DNA of 64,000 nucleotides from Promethearchaeota archaeon (GCA_048941285.1 JBHLNS010000008.1:30009-94008), one strand, 5' to 3'. Positions 18,022 to 28,031 are shown, counted from the first letter of the stretch. The notes: generated by a model not told the origin, from the sequence alone. Made by a program: numbers and translations.

Positions 18022-19542
18022 TTAAAGAATTTCACTAATATCTCTATATAATAATTCTCTATTAACTTGAAATTGATCATATGTGATAAAGAGTTTTCGA
18101 AAGGATCCTAAACTTCCAAGTATTGCCGCTCCATTAAAAATAGCATATTGAAGATTATCGGGTATAAAAAATTTGAGTACTTTGCTTGCTGATTTAATCG
18201 ATTCAGAGAATTCCTGGGCTGGTGATTTTTCTTTTAACTTTTTTGGTAGATTACTTGTCTCTAAAGTTTCTATTGGTTTTCCACAATATGGGCAAAATAG
18301 TGATTCTGAGTCAGGAAGATCCTTACTGCAATAGGGGCATTTTACTACTTTGATCTTTTGTTTACTATCATCTATTTCACCAATCTTAATCTCTGGTAAG
18401 ACTAATACTCCTCCACATGAGGGACATACATTTTTTCCATCACTGAGATCTATAAATGCTCCACAGTGAGGGCAAGTATCCTCTTTCTTTTTTGAAATTT
18501 CAACGGCTTGGAGCTTGATTAGTTCGCTTTTAACAGCAGAAAGAGGTGTGACTGGTTTTGGAATAGATCCTAATTCAGGAAGTCCTAATTCTAACTCTGT
18601 TTCAAAGCGTTCTTGAAAGCCAGAATAGGAAAGATTGCCTCCTGAAAAAACTATATGAGATAAAAGATCATACCAATATAAACTATCTATATTTCTCAAA
18701 CTAGCGATAATCGCTTGAGGGATATTCATAACATTACTGTAACCTAGCATTGCAGGATTGAATAATACTTCCGGAGCTTGATAAAGAATGTAAGTTGGAA
18801 CCTTTATTGTTGAACCATCAGGCATTGGAACACTAAACATATCTCCTGTCTTCATAGACTTATTGGCGTCTAAAACAAAATAACAATTCTTCTCTTTAAT
18901 TTCTTGTAAAATTTCATCTGCGGCACTAGATGCGATACTAACACCTTCTCTCATTAAAAGGCTTTTTAAATTTTGATTTACATCAATTCCAGCAAGAGGA
19001 AGCTTCTGAACTGCATGTTGAACAATTGTCCCGTTTATTATTGGGGCAATCCAAGTTAAACCATCTCCCGATTCGATAACCATACCTGTTGTTAGACCAA
19101 CACTAAATAAGGATAGTAGCGGTGTTGGCATCATTATCAGACTGTTAACTCGGTGGGTTTCAAAGAAAACTCTAGCAATGTATTCTTTTGTTTCTTTATG
19201 CATAAAAGGAGATTCGCAATAGAACACTGGATATTGAGAAAGATCTTCAATTCTAAGTAGTGAATAAAAAATGTAATTCAATATTTCATAATAGCTATCC
19301 CAATCCATGATATTACCTCTTTCGATTGGATGTTTAATTTTTAGTACACCCCGCATTCGAGAAACATCATTTCCAACATATATACTACGAGCACTTACAT
19401 CAACCATAACAGATTTATATTTCTCAGTGCCAGTAATACAAGGAAACACAAATCTTGGTCCAGGTTCTCCTGCAAATCCGATTTTGACGTATGCTGATCC
19501 CATATCAATTATGATAGGTGTTCCAGGTAAAGGCAGTGCCAT
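18022..19542 (-). CDS. Divergent actin-family (Arp-like) protein with internal double zinc-ribbon insertion
   Basis: Actin-fold signatures IIIDMGSAYVKIGFAGEPGPRFVFPCITG, VIESGDGLTWIAPIINGTIV, IVFSGGNLSYSGFQERF and C-terminal YAIFNGAAILGSLGSFRKLFITYDQF. The inserted segment contains CPHC-x12-CPSC and CPYC-x11-CPYC (aa 357-420). Confidence 0.8.
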   Translation of the reverse strand: MALPLPGTPIIIDMGSAYVKIGFAGEPGPRFVFPCITGTEKYKSVMVDVSARSIYVGNDVSRMRGVLKIKHPIERGNIMDWDSYYEILNYIFYSLLRIEDLSQYPVFYCESPFMHKETKEYIARVFFETHRVNSLIMMPTPLLSLFSVGLTTGMVIESGDGLTWIAPIINGTIVQHAVQKLPLAGIDVNQNLKSLLMREGVSIASSAADEILQEIKEKNCYFVLDANKSMKTGDMFSVPMPDGSTIKVPTYILYQAPEVLFNPAMLGYSNVMNIPQAIIASLRNIDSLYWYDLLSHIVFSGGNLSYSGFQERFETELELGLPELGSIPKPVTPLSAVKSELIKLQAVEISKKKEDTCPHCGAFIDLSDGKNVCPSCGGVLVLPEIKIGEIDDSKQKIKVVKCPYCSKDLPDSESLFCPYCGKPIETLETSNLPKKLKEKSPAQEFSESIKSASKVLKFFIPDNLQYAIFNGAAILGSLGSFRKLFITYDQFQVNRELLYRDISEIL

Positions 19543-19641
19543 TTTTTATCACTATTTTTTTTTTATTTTTTTTTTAATAATAATCTAAATTTATGATTTT
19601 TATAATTACTTTATAGAATTTAAAAATAAGAATTCTTTTAA

Positions 19642-20067
19642 TTATTTTTTTATATATTTAAGCAGAGTTTTGAGGATCTCTTTTTGCATAACTAATCCAA
19701 TAAGTTCATTATTTTCATTTATAACAGGTAATCGTTGTACTTTTTTATTGAACATTATCTCTAAAACATAAATTAATGTGTCATTTTCTTTTACAACGAA
19801 AGGTTCTGGAGTCATTAAGTCCTTGACAAGTGTATTAGGTGAGTCTAGACTCATCGCAAATCTTGCAAGACGTATATCTCTCTGTGTAATTATTCCAATT
19901 AATTTCTTATCCTTGCGATCCTTAACAATTGGAAGGCCTCCAATATTTTTTCTAATCATTAATAGTTCAGTAGCACTAATTTTTTCATTTGGAAATGAAT
20001 ATAGCGGATCTTTTATCATTATCTCAGATACTTTTATATTACCTAATTTTTTTAAGCAATCTTCCAT
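19642..20067 (-). CDS. CBS-domain pair protein
   Basis: 141 aa. Two CBS repeats (GGLPIVKDRKDKKLIGIITQRDI and QRLPVINENNELIGLVMQKEIL). Confidence 0.8.
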   Translation of the reverse strand: MEDCLKKLGNIKVSEIMIKDPLYSFPNEKISATELLMIRKNIGGLPIVKDRKDKKLIGIITQRDIRLARFAMSLDSPNTLVKDLMTPEPFVVKENDTLIYVLEIMFNKKVQRLPVINENNELIGLVMQKEILKTLLKYIKK

Positions 20068-20158
20068 CTTAATACCCCAAATTCGACTTAATTATTCAAA
20101 AATCTTTATTAGAAGTTTTTTATGGAAAGTAATCAATATGAAAATTAAAGTTTAATTA

Positions 20159-20539
20159 TCAGTTCCTACTTATTGATTCTCCTAAATTTTTCTCAATGAT
20201 TATTAGCTGTTTTAGATATTCCTTATATATTTTTAAGAGGTATTCGCCCCAATTATTTAATTTAACCCAACCTCCTCCCCCGCGACCTCCTTTACCAGTT
20301 TTTACAACAGACATACCAGTTCTTTTTTCTATTCTTTTCAAAATATTCCATGCATATTTGTAAGAATAACCACATTCCTTAGCGGCTAAAGTGAGGGATC
20401 CATCTTCATTTTTTTCTATTCTGTCTAGCAATTCAGCCCATCCTGATCCTAAAATACTTTTATTATCAAATTCTAACCAAAATTTTATACCAAAACCTAC
20501 TTTTGACTTTAAACTTTCAATATTGGATTGATTTTCCAT
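20159..20539 (-). CDS. ModE N-terminal-type winged-helix regulator (no Mop/TOBE domain)
   Basis: GSLTLAAKECGYSYKYAWNILKRIEKRTGMSVVKTGKGGRGGGGWVKL is colinear with the ModE N-terminal HTH including its GGxGGGG loop. Confidence 0.7.
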   Translation of the reverse strand: MENQSNIESLKSKVGFGIKFWLEFDNKSILGSGWAELLDRIEKNEDGSLTLAAKECGYSYKYAWNILKRIEKRTGMSVVKTGKGGRGGGGWVKLNNWGEYLLKIYKEYLKQLIIIEKNLGESISRN

Positions 20540-20651
20540 ACTAATATTATTGGTTTTTTAATGATTTAATAATTTCTTTTATATCAGAAAAGAAAAACAT
20601 AAATGTTAAGCTCTTTTTATCTCTTTAGTTATATAGATTAAAATATAGATT

Positions 20652-21413
20652 ATGTTTTTTTCGAGTGGAGAATCTGAAAAAAAGGGGAGAGAAGTTTTAA
20701 AAAATCTTTATTATTTTTCAGAAAGTCAAATGTTAGATTGCAATCAATATATCATACAAGATTTAGGAACTAAAGAACTAGCTTTATTTGATACAGGTAA
20801 TGGAATTTCTCTCAAAGGTTTATTTAAAGGTATGGCAAAACACAATCTTGAACCTTCCAATATAACAAAAGTCTTCTTAACTCATGAGCATGTAGATCAT
20901 ACTCTAGGACTTTATCCATTAATTAAATTAATGGCTGATAACCCTCCTCAGATTTATGCTTACGGTGAAACTACTAAAATATTAAGAGAGGGAGATGTAA
21001 GTAGAATATTTCCTGGAAATCTTGGCATCAAACCAAGCATGTTTGGAGTGGAAATTATTCCATTGAAAGTGATAAATTTAGAAAAGACTAATAAAGTTAG
21101 AATATCTTCTGAATTTGAGTTTCAAATTCATTATACTCCGGGACATTCTTTAGGATCAATATGTTATTATGAATCTGCTAAAAAGATTTTAATTCCTGGA
21201 GATTTAATTTTTCAAATGGATAAATTTTATAATATTGGGAGTTTTGGTCGTTATGATTTTCCAGGAGGATCATTAAATGCTTTGAAAAAATCGATTAAAT
21301 ACATTGCAGAATTTGATGTTTCGATTTTACTTCCTGGTCATATGGGCATTGTCTTGGAAAACGCAAACCAGCATATCGCAGCAGCTTATAAAACTATACA
21401 GACACTTCGATAA
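20652..21413 (+). CDS. MBL-fold metallo-hydrolase
   Basis: THEHVDHT (HxHxDH), later HTPGHS, and PGH near the C-terminus. Confidence 0.8.
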   Translation: MFFSSGESEKKGREVLKNLYYFSESQMLDCNQYIIQDLGTKELALFDTGNGISLKGLFKGMAKHNLEPSNITKVFLTHEHVDHTLGLYPLIKLMADNPPQIYAYGETTKILREGDVSRIFPGNLGIKPSMFGVEIIPLKVINLEKTNKVRISSEFEFQIHYTPGHSLGSICYYESAKKILIPGDLIFQMDKFYNIGSFGRYDFPGGSLNALKKSIKYIAEFDVSILLPGHMGIVLENANQHIAAAYKTIQTLR

Positions 21414-21568
21414 TAGAATCATGCACTCAATGCATAAAATGATAACACTCACCATTAATATTCTGCTTTTAAATTAATTCTCCAAGATACTAATATTTAA
21501 ATAACCCTTCAATCTATTATCTTTATAATCTACCTTAAAATTTAAAAAAAAAAAAGTGAAAATATATT

Positions 21569-22237
21569 ATGTCCGAACAAAAAAAACAAGTTAAGCACCC
21601 AACTGAAATTTTTATTCGTTCTTATCCAAAAATAATCTTTTTCTATCCATTATTAGTTACATCCTTGATTCTCTGGCTGATTCAGATGTTCATAGCCCCA
21701 AATAATGTTTTAGGATATATTTGGTTTATAGTATTTTTTGTAAATATTTTTGTAACCGCATTTGATTTCTCTTCGACTAAATTCTTCGTCTTAATTTTGG
21801 CCATAGTAATCGTTGTCTTAATTGTTGCTTTCTTAGTCCTTCCGAATGTTACAATTTCGCTTATAGGAATTAGTCTTGATCTGGCATTGCCTTGGGAGTT
21901 CTATATGTTAATGACTTTAATATTAGGATTTATCTTGGGAATTATATTCATAAGTACGAGATTTGATTATTATAAAATAGAAAGAAATGAAATAATCCAT
22001 AAAAATGGTATTTTTAGTTCAGCTGAACGATTCCCAGTAAAAAGCCTAAGATTTAAAAAAGAGATTCCTGATGTATTTGAATTTTTTATGTTGCGTGCTG
22101 GGCGATTGACTATAATGCCTGGAAAAGCTGATGAAGTAATGATCTTACCCACAGTCTTAAATATTAATAAAAGGGAAGAGCAACTTGATTGGTTGCTTTC
22201 TCACGTGTCTGTTGAACCAGATGAAATAGATCAATAA
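21569..22237 (+). CDS. Integral membrane protein with C-terminal bacterial-PH-like (YdbT/DUF304-type) domain
   Basis: 222 aa. Four or five hydrophobic helices followed by YYKIERNEIIHKNGIFSSAERFPVKSLRFKKE...RLTIMPG. The domain call is inference. Confidence 0.45.
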   Translation: MSEQKKQVKHPTEIFIRSYPKIIFFYPLLVTSLILWLIQMFIAPNNVLGYIWFIVFFVNIFVTAFDFSSTKFFVLILAIVIVVLIVAFLVLPNVTISLIGISLDLALPWEFYMLMTLILGFILGIIFISTRFDYYKIERNEIIHKNGIFSSAERFPVKSLRFKKEIPDVFEFFMLRAGRLTIMPGKADEVMILPTVLNINKREEQLDWLLSHVSVEPDEIDQ

Positions 22238-22258
22238 AATTAGAAATAATACATATTC

Positions 22259-22275
22259 TTTTTTTTTAATTTTTT
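22259..22275 (+). terminator. Oligo-T tract downstream of the 21569-22237 gene
   Basis: T9 (22259-22267), then aa, then T6. Archaeal RNA polymerase terminates at oligo-T runs. Confidence 0.4.
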
Positions 22276-22337
22276 ATCCTTTTTCTAAAATTAACATAGA
22301 TAAATTTAATTTGTAAATAGCACTTTAAAATACAGTT

Positions 22338-23063
22338 ATGTCTCATCCACCCATTTTGTTATTTGATTTTGATGGTGTTGTTATAACTCAAAAATCTCTG
22401 GAATATACGGCATCCAAATTAATAAAAAATGATTTTTATGGATGGAAAAATATTCAGAATATGAGATTAATAGATTTTGCTAGACTTATTGAGGAATCCG
22501 ACTCCAAAAATCAATTGGCAGCTCTAAAAAGAATTAACAAAGCATATAAGCCATATATTCCAAGTATATGGAAAAGAAATCTATTTTTCATTAAATTCAG
22601 GCGTATGTATCCTATGCTTGAAAAGTATGAGATATTAAAACCTAATCTAGAACTAATTTTAAACCACCTTAAAAGGAACAATTTTCAATTAGGAATTGTC
22701 TCTAATACAAGTAAAAATAGATTAGATTTTTTTCGAAAGAAATTTAATTTAGATAAGTATTTTTCTGTCTTTATCTCTCGTGATGATTCTCCATTAAGGA
22801 AACCTAACCCATACCCAATTATAGTAGCATTAATTAAAATTAAGAAAAATTTTAATTATTCAATAAATAAGAACAATGTGTATTATATCGGTGATCTTCC
22901 AGCAGATATAGAATGTGCTAGGAACGCAGGTATCAAAAGTATTGCTTTACTTTCTGGTCATGGCAGAAAGGGTGATTTAGAAAAATCGAATCCAACTTAT
23001 TTGATTCCAAATATTAAGAACATTTTAGAAATTGATTATTTCAAAAAATTCTTATTGAATTGA
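22338..23063 (+). CDS. HAD-superfamily hydrolase
   Basis: Motif I LLFDFDGVV, motif II VSNTSK, motif III/IV K...YYIGDLPADIECARNAGI. Confidence 0.8.
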   Translation: MSHPPILLFDFDGVVITQKSLEYTASKLIKNDFYGWKNIQNMRLIDFARLIEESDSKNQLAALKRINKAYKPYIPSIWKRNLFFIKFRRMYPMLEKYEILKPNLELILNHLKRNNFQLGIVSNTSKNRLDFFRKKFNLDKYFSVFISRDDSPLRKPNPYPIIVALIKIKKNFNYSINKNNVYYIGDLPADIECARNAGIKSIALLSGHGRKGDLEKSNPTYLIPNIKNILEIDYFKKFLLN

Positions 23064-23082
23064 ACACTTTTTAACATTAAAT

Positions 23083-25812
23083 ATGTTTAATCTTGAAGAA
23101 TTTAAGGATAGCTTAATTCTTGAAAAAGTTGATAAGCTAAATAAATACTTTTTTAAGAAAAAATCTGATAAAATATCTAAAATACTCAAAGAATTTTTAG
23201 CTTTATTAGATCAACAAGAATATGTTGTACCAATTACATATATTTTAAGTATTATAGCAGAAAAGGAAATAGAACTTATTTCTGAAGGATTAATAGAAAG
23301 AATTGAGGTTTTTTTCAACTCTGAGAATACTAAACTAAGGATTAACTCACTAATTATTATTGGATTTTTTATACAAGCAAATCCAAATTATATTAAAAAA
23401 TATTTTCAAGAATTCGTAAAATTCCTATTAGATGATTTTGAGGATGTTAGAAATAATATTCACTACTTTCTGCCAAAATTGGTTGAATTAAAACCTGAAT
23501 TAGCAAAAGATAATATAGATATCATCTTACAGAGTTTTGAAATTGAACAAAACAATGATAATCTTATTTCTTTATTAAAATTATTGCTTAAATGTGAAAT
23601 TCTTGAATTTGATCAGTTATATACTATTAAAAATATTTTAAAATCAATTCTTAACATAATTGAAATCAAAGAAAACTCTAAATTATTTAGAGAAGTAATA
23701 AATATAATAAAAAAGGTATATTCAGAGCTCGTTAAACTCGATTTGGAGAAAGAAGGTGCTGGAATAATCATAAACTTATTAGAAAATCAATTTTTAATGA
23801 AAAAAACAAATTTTACTGAAGTAGGTAGAAAAACTGGGATACAATTAAAAGACTATTTAAAGAAATTTGTAAAATCTAAGTTAAAGGATAAAAAAATCTT
23901 TTTTTATATTAAAACAAAAGAAAATTTGATATATATTTATGAATTAGAAAAAAGCAAATTAAAAAGATTCTTTGAGCAGAAAATTAAAATATCAGATGAG
24001 CTTATCAAGAAAACTTTTTCGCAAGTTATAGATAATGGCTCAGAATTAAAAATTTTTATCAAAACGTTAAATAACTTAAAATTAATTGATGGTTATTATT
24101 CTAACATTGGATTTTTTTATCCAACTATTTATATAAAGTCAATGTTATTAGAAGATTTACAAACAAATGGAGCTATAAGCATAAAAAAGTTCAATTTTCT
24201 TCCACATAATTTTATTGAAAGAATCATTAAAGATATTTCCAAGGTTACCAATCAAAAATTTTTAAGACATAAAGATAAAGAAACTTATATATCTTTAAAA
24301 AAAGTTAAAGATCAAATTAATTCTGAAGCAGCAAAAAAAAGTGTTATAGAATTACGACAATATCGTGAGATTTTATTTGATGAAGATTTCATAAAATTGA
24401 TAAAAAATATGCCTAGAGCGTTTTTATCAGAATTTCATAAAGGAACACAGTGGTTAACTAATCTAGGGTCACAAAAAATTAGTAATGAGATCCAAAATTC
24501 TAAAATAGTTGGTTATTTTAACATTTCTAAAGTATCTGATAAATTAAATATAGCAGAGCTTCTATTATTAGACGTTTTTGAACAATTTGTAGATTATAGA
24601 AGTGGGATTTGGAATAGAGAAAAAAATATCTTTTATTATTCAAAGTATTTAAAAGAAAAAATCGATCAAATTAGTTTAGTTTCTGATGAACATGAAAAAT
24701 TGCAGCAAATTGAAGTGATCTCTACAGAACTTAATATTGATAAGAATCATATTTTATCCAAAATAGATGAAAATTTACAATTGATTGCAGAAGAAATAAA
24801 ACAGAAAGATCAAATAATATTAAGTGAATACCTCCAAAAAACAGGGATGGAATTAGATGATTTTTTGACATTTATTGATGATTTAGATATTCATTACTTC
24901 AGAAAGGCGGATTTATTAATTTTTAATACTCAGAAAATTGATGAGGCAAAAAATGAAATAAAATATATGTTAATTGATAAGTCTAAATCAGAGGATTATA
25001 TACCACTAGGAACAATGAAATTTATTCAATCAACTCTGATTGAAGATTTAATGAAGGAATTACTACAAGATGGAAAGTTAAAAGGCATTTTTCATGAAGA
25101 GGAAGGAGAACTCATTTTTTATACGGAACGAGGAATCGGTAAGTTGATGCTAGAAAATAGCTTACTTTTTTCATTTCATGATTTATTTTATGGTAAGGAA
25201 TTAAATCAAGAAGAAATTGATTTATTGAAGGGAATATTTGAAGATTTAATTAAAAGTAGAGTTATCAAAGGAGATTTTGATGAGGAAACGTTAACTTTTT
25301 CTAGTGATGAAGTATTATTTGCGAAAGATTACAATATTGTTTTATCGGAATTTGAAAAAATGGTAGAAAATTATATTAAGAATTTTGAAATTGAATTCCA
25401 AAAGATCAAAAAAATTCTTATTAAGAGAGAAGAAACAATTTTTCCACAAGAGATAAAGTATATTCAAGATATTATTGACAAAATTAATGAGAAATATATT
25501 AATTGGAGAAGTGGTTTAGAAGCTTTTATACGTAGAACTAATAAAAAGTTATTAAGAGATCAAGGTATTAGCGTAAGACAATATAAAACCATTCTCTCAA
25601 AAGAAAAAAAAGAAGAAATAAAATCATTAGAGCAAGATCCCGAAGTACATGAGCTTTTAAATAAATTTAATAATTGGGTAAAAAGATATAATAAAATTGA
25701 ATTAAAATATCCAAATATAATATTTTACCAAAAAAGATTGATGAATAATCCAGAAGACAGGGAGTCTAATACTAAATTAATAGAATTATTAGATGAATTA
25801 GAGTTAAAATAG
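23083..25812 (+). CDS. Large helical protein: N-terminal HEAT/ARM-like solenoid plus repeated winged-helix-like modules, function unknown
   Basis: 909 aa, K/E/I/L-rich. The first ~220 aa show HEAT-like periodicity (NTKLRINSLIIIGFFIQANPNYIKKYFQEFVKFLLDDFEDVRNNIHYFLPKLVEL). Later segments repeat a pattern such as NGAISIKKFNFLPHNFIERII and KIVGYFNISKVSDKLNIAELLLLDVFEQFV. Confidence 0.4.
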   Translation: MFNLEEFKDSLILEKVDKLNKYFFKKKSDKISKILKEFLALLDQQEYVVPITYILSIIAEKEIELISEGLIERIEVFFNSENTKLRINSLIIIGFFIQANPNYIKKYFQEFVKFLLDDFEDVRNNIHYFLPKLVELKPELAKDNIDIILQSFEIEQNNDNLISLLKLLLKCEILEFDQLYTIKNILKSILNIIEIKENSKLFREVINIIKKVYSELVKLDLEKEGAGIIINLLENQFLMKKTNFTEVGRKTGIQLKDYLKKFVKSKLKDKKIFFYIKTKENLIYIYELEKSKLKRFFEQKIKISDELIKKTFSQVIDNGSELKIFIKTLNNLKLIDGYYSNIGFFYPTIYIKSMLLEDLQTNGAISIKKFNFLPHNFIERIIKDISKVTNQKFLRHKDKETYISLKKVKDQINSEAAKKSVIELRQYREILFDEDFIKLIKNMPRAFLSEFHKGTQWLTNLGSQKISNEIQNSKIVGYFNISKVSDKLNIAELLLLDVFEQFVDYRSGIWNREKNIFYYSKYLKEKIDQISLVSDEHEKLQQIEVISTELNIDKNHILSKIDENLQLIAEEIKQKDQIILSEYLQKTGMELDDFLTFIDDLDIHYFRKADLLIFNTQKIDEAKNEIKYMLIDKSKSEDYIPLGTMKFIQSTLIEDLMKELLQDGKLKGIFHEEEGELIFYTERGIGKLMLENSLLFSFHDLFYGKELNQEEIDLLKGIFEDLIKSRVIKGDFDEETLTFSSDEVLFAKDYNIVLSEFEKMVENYIKNFEIEFQKIKKILIKREETIFPQEIKYIQDIIDKINEKYINWRSGLEAFIRRTNKKLLRDQGISVRQYKTILSKEKKEEIKSLEQDPEVHELLNKFNNWVKRYNKIELKYPNIIFYQKRLMNNPEDRESNTKLIELLDELELK

Positions 25813-25819
25813 GTCATTT

Positions 25820-26101
25820 TTATTTTCTTTTACCGTTATTAGCAAGAAAATCGTCTACATCAATTTTTTCTCTTGAAATAATTTTATAAGTTTTTGGATT
25901 AGTGATCCCGTTCAACCTTAAAATTCCTTGATCTTCAAGATATTTCAAAGCTCTCCAAATAAAATTAATTTTAGATCGATTTGAAGATTTAATATTATTA
26001 CATCTTCTTATTCTTTTAGCATTTACAATAGTTACATTGTTATCAATTAATTTATTAATCGCTTCTACTGTTTCTTTTAAATTCTTCTGAAAAAAATCCA
26101 T
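25820..26101 (-). CDS. Small basic protein, possible winged-helix DNA-binding protein
   Basis: 93 aa. RALKYLEDQGILRLNGITNPKTYKI resembles a recognition helix plus wing. Weak call. Confidence 0.35.
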   Translation of the reverse strand: MDFFQKNLKETVEAINKLIDNNVTIVNAKRIRRCNNIKSSNRSKINFIWRALKYLEDQGILRLNGITNPKTYKIISREKIDVDDFLANNGKRK

Positions 26102-26327
26102 ATTTAAAGCGAACCCTCAAATTAAAAGTTAATTACTAGTACTCTCCTCAATTAAAATAATAATTAAAAAAGTTAAATTGACATTGCTTAAGTATTATAA
26201 AATTATATTTAGAAGTTTATATAGTTTTTGCATGTAAAGAGACTGAGCCTCAAAACTTTAACTCATCGAAATATTGAATAGAATAGACAATTTAATTTAA
26301 TAGAAGTTAACTCATTTATTTTTTGGA

Positions 26328-27941
26328 TTAATGTCGGAAAACTCTTTTTCCACAGAATATTAAAGCACAGCCTAATTCGTCTGCGCGTTTAATTACTTCC
26401 TTGTCTCTTATGGAACCTCCGGGATTAATAATAGCTTTTGCACCACTATTTACAGCAACTTCTAAACCATCAGGAAATGGAAAAAAAGAATCTGTACCCA
26501 TAAAGGCCCCTTTTAGTTCTTCTTCATGCCCAAATTCTTTTGCTTTTTGAGCTGCTAACTTAACTACATGAACTCTACTATGTTGTCCAGCTCCAATACC
26601 CAATGTATAAATACCATCATCATAGATTTGAGCAAAACATGCTGAATTTGATTTAGCCCATTTTGATACTCTATAAGCAAAAAGTAATGCCTCTTTTTCA
26701 AGTTCATTTACTTTTTTTTTGCTAACTACATTCCATTCTTTAACAATTGGTTTAGTATCATACTCTTGAACAAGAATACCCCCTAATACTCCCCTAATTT
26801 CTAAATTCTTATTAATTTTACTACTTTTACTAATTAATTCTTTATAGTCAATAATTCTTAAATTCTCCTTTTGTTTTAATATCTCTAAAGCTTCTTCCTC
26901 GAAAGAGGGTGCGATTATAACTTCTACAAATATTTTTTCTTGATTTATGATAAAATCTGCTACTTCCCTCTTTAGTTCTTTGTTAACTCCCCAAATCCCT
27001 CCGAATGCAGATAAAGGATCTGTACTAAATGCTTTTTTAACTGAGGTTAATTGATCTTTTTTATCTATAGCTACCCCATTTGGACTTGTATGTTTTAAAA
27101 TTGCTGTTACGTAGTGTTGAGTATCAAAATCCAAAAGAACCCGTATACAAGAGTCTATATCTAAATAATTGTTAAATGAGAGGTCTTTACCACTAAGTTG
27201 TTTCAAGAGATGAAGCCCATATTGAGAAGAAGTATCTTTATAATAAGCAGCTTCTTGATCCCAGTTTTCTCCATATCTGCAATCTTGTACTTTTTCATAA
27301 ACTTTTATCATGGTATTAGGAAAAATAGCAGCTGGATTGTAAAATTTTTGTAAAAAGTTTGCAATTGAAGCATTATAATCTGCCATAATTGAAAAAACCT
27401 CTTGGGCTAGTAATAATCGAGTATTTTCGGTAATTGCTCCCTTATTTTTTCTCATCTCATCAATAATTTCATCATAATATTCTGGACTGGGAACTACAAT
27501 AACATCTGGAAAATTTTTTGCTGCTGCGCGAATCATTGTAGGGCCACCGATATCAATCATCTCTAATGCATCATCAATTTTTATTCCAGGTTTCTCAATT
27601 GCTTCTTTAAATTGATATAAATTACAAACAACCATATCGATTGGTTTAATATTATATTTTTCAGCTTCGTCGGTATCTTTCTTTAATCCTCTACGATATA
27701 AAATGCCTCCTTCAATTCTTGGATGTAATGTCTTAATTCTGCCATTAAACATCTCAGGAGTTTCAGTGAAGTTAGAGATTTTTGTATAAGAAATTCCATT
27801 TTTCTCCAAAATATTTCCAGTACCTCCTGTAGATAAGATGTCAACTCCAAACTCACTTACCAATACCTTTACAAACTCAAGGATTCCAGTTTTATCAAAG
27901 ACACTAATAATTGCTCTTTCTATTTTTTTCATAAAAATCAA
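26328..27941 (-). CDS. purH: Bifunctional AICAR transformylase / IMP cyclohydrolase
   Basis: MGS-like N-terminus RAIISVFDKTGILEFVKVL...LSTGGTG, then KTLHPRIEGGIL. C-terminal AICARFT region GIGAGQHSRV and IINPGGSIRD. Confidence 0.9.
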   Translation of the reverse strand: MIFMKKIERAIISVFDKTGILEFVKVLVSEFGVDILSTGGTGNILEKNGISYTKISNFTETPEMFNGRIKTLHPRIEGGILYRRGLKKDTDEAEKYNIKPIDMVVCNLYQFKEAIEKPGIKIDDALEMIDIGGPTMIRAAAKNFPDVIVVPSPEYYDEIIDEMRKNKGAITENTRLLLAQEVFSIMADYNASIANFLQKFYNPAAIFPNTMIKVYEKVQDCRYGENWDQEAAYYKDTSSQYGLHLLKQLSGKDLSFNNYLDIDSCIRVLLDFDTQHYVTAILKHTSPNGVAIDKKDQLTSVKKAFSTDPLSAFGGIWGVNKELKREVADFIINQEKIFVEVIIAPSFEEEALEILKQKENLRIIDYKELISKSSKINKNLEIRGVLGGILVQEYDTKPIVKEWNVVSKKKVNELEKEALLFAYRVSKWAKSNSACFAQIYDDGIYTLGIGAGQHSRVHVVKLAAQKAKEFGHEEELKGAFMGTDSFFPFPDGLEVAVNSGAKAIINPGGSIRDKEVIKRADELGCALIFCGKRVFRH

Positions 27942-27991
27942 TTTGGACTAATTTAGTTACATTTTAATAATATATGTAAAATAGAAAAGTT

Positions 27992-28031
27992 TACTATTGT
28001 TGAAACCTAAATTTATAAAGTTTCAATAGTA
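27992..28031. promoter_or_regulatory. Imperfect inverted repeat in the purH / SRPBCC divergent intergenic region
   Basis: TACTATTGTTGAAAC (27992-28006), a 13-nt spacer, then GTTTCAATAGTA (28020-28031). The arms pair except for a 2-nt bulge. Confidence 0.3.
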
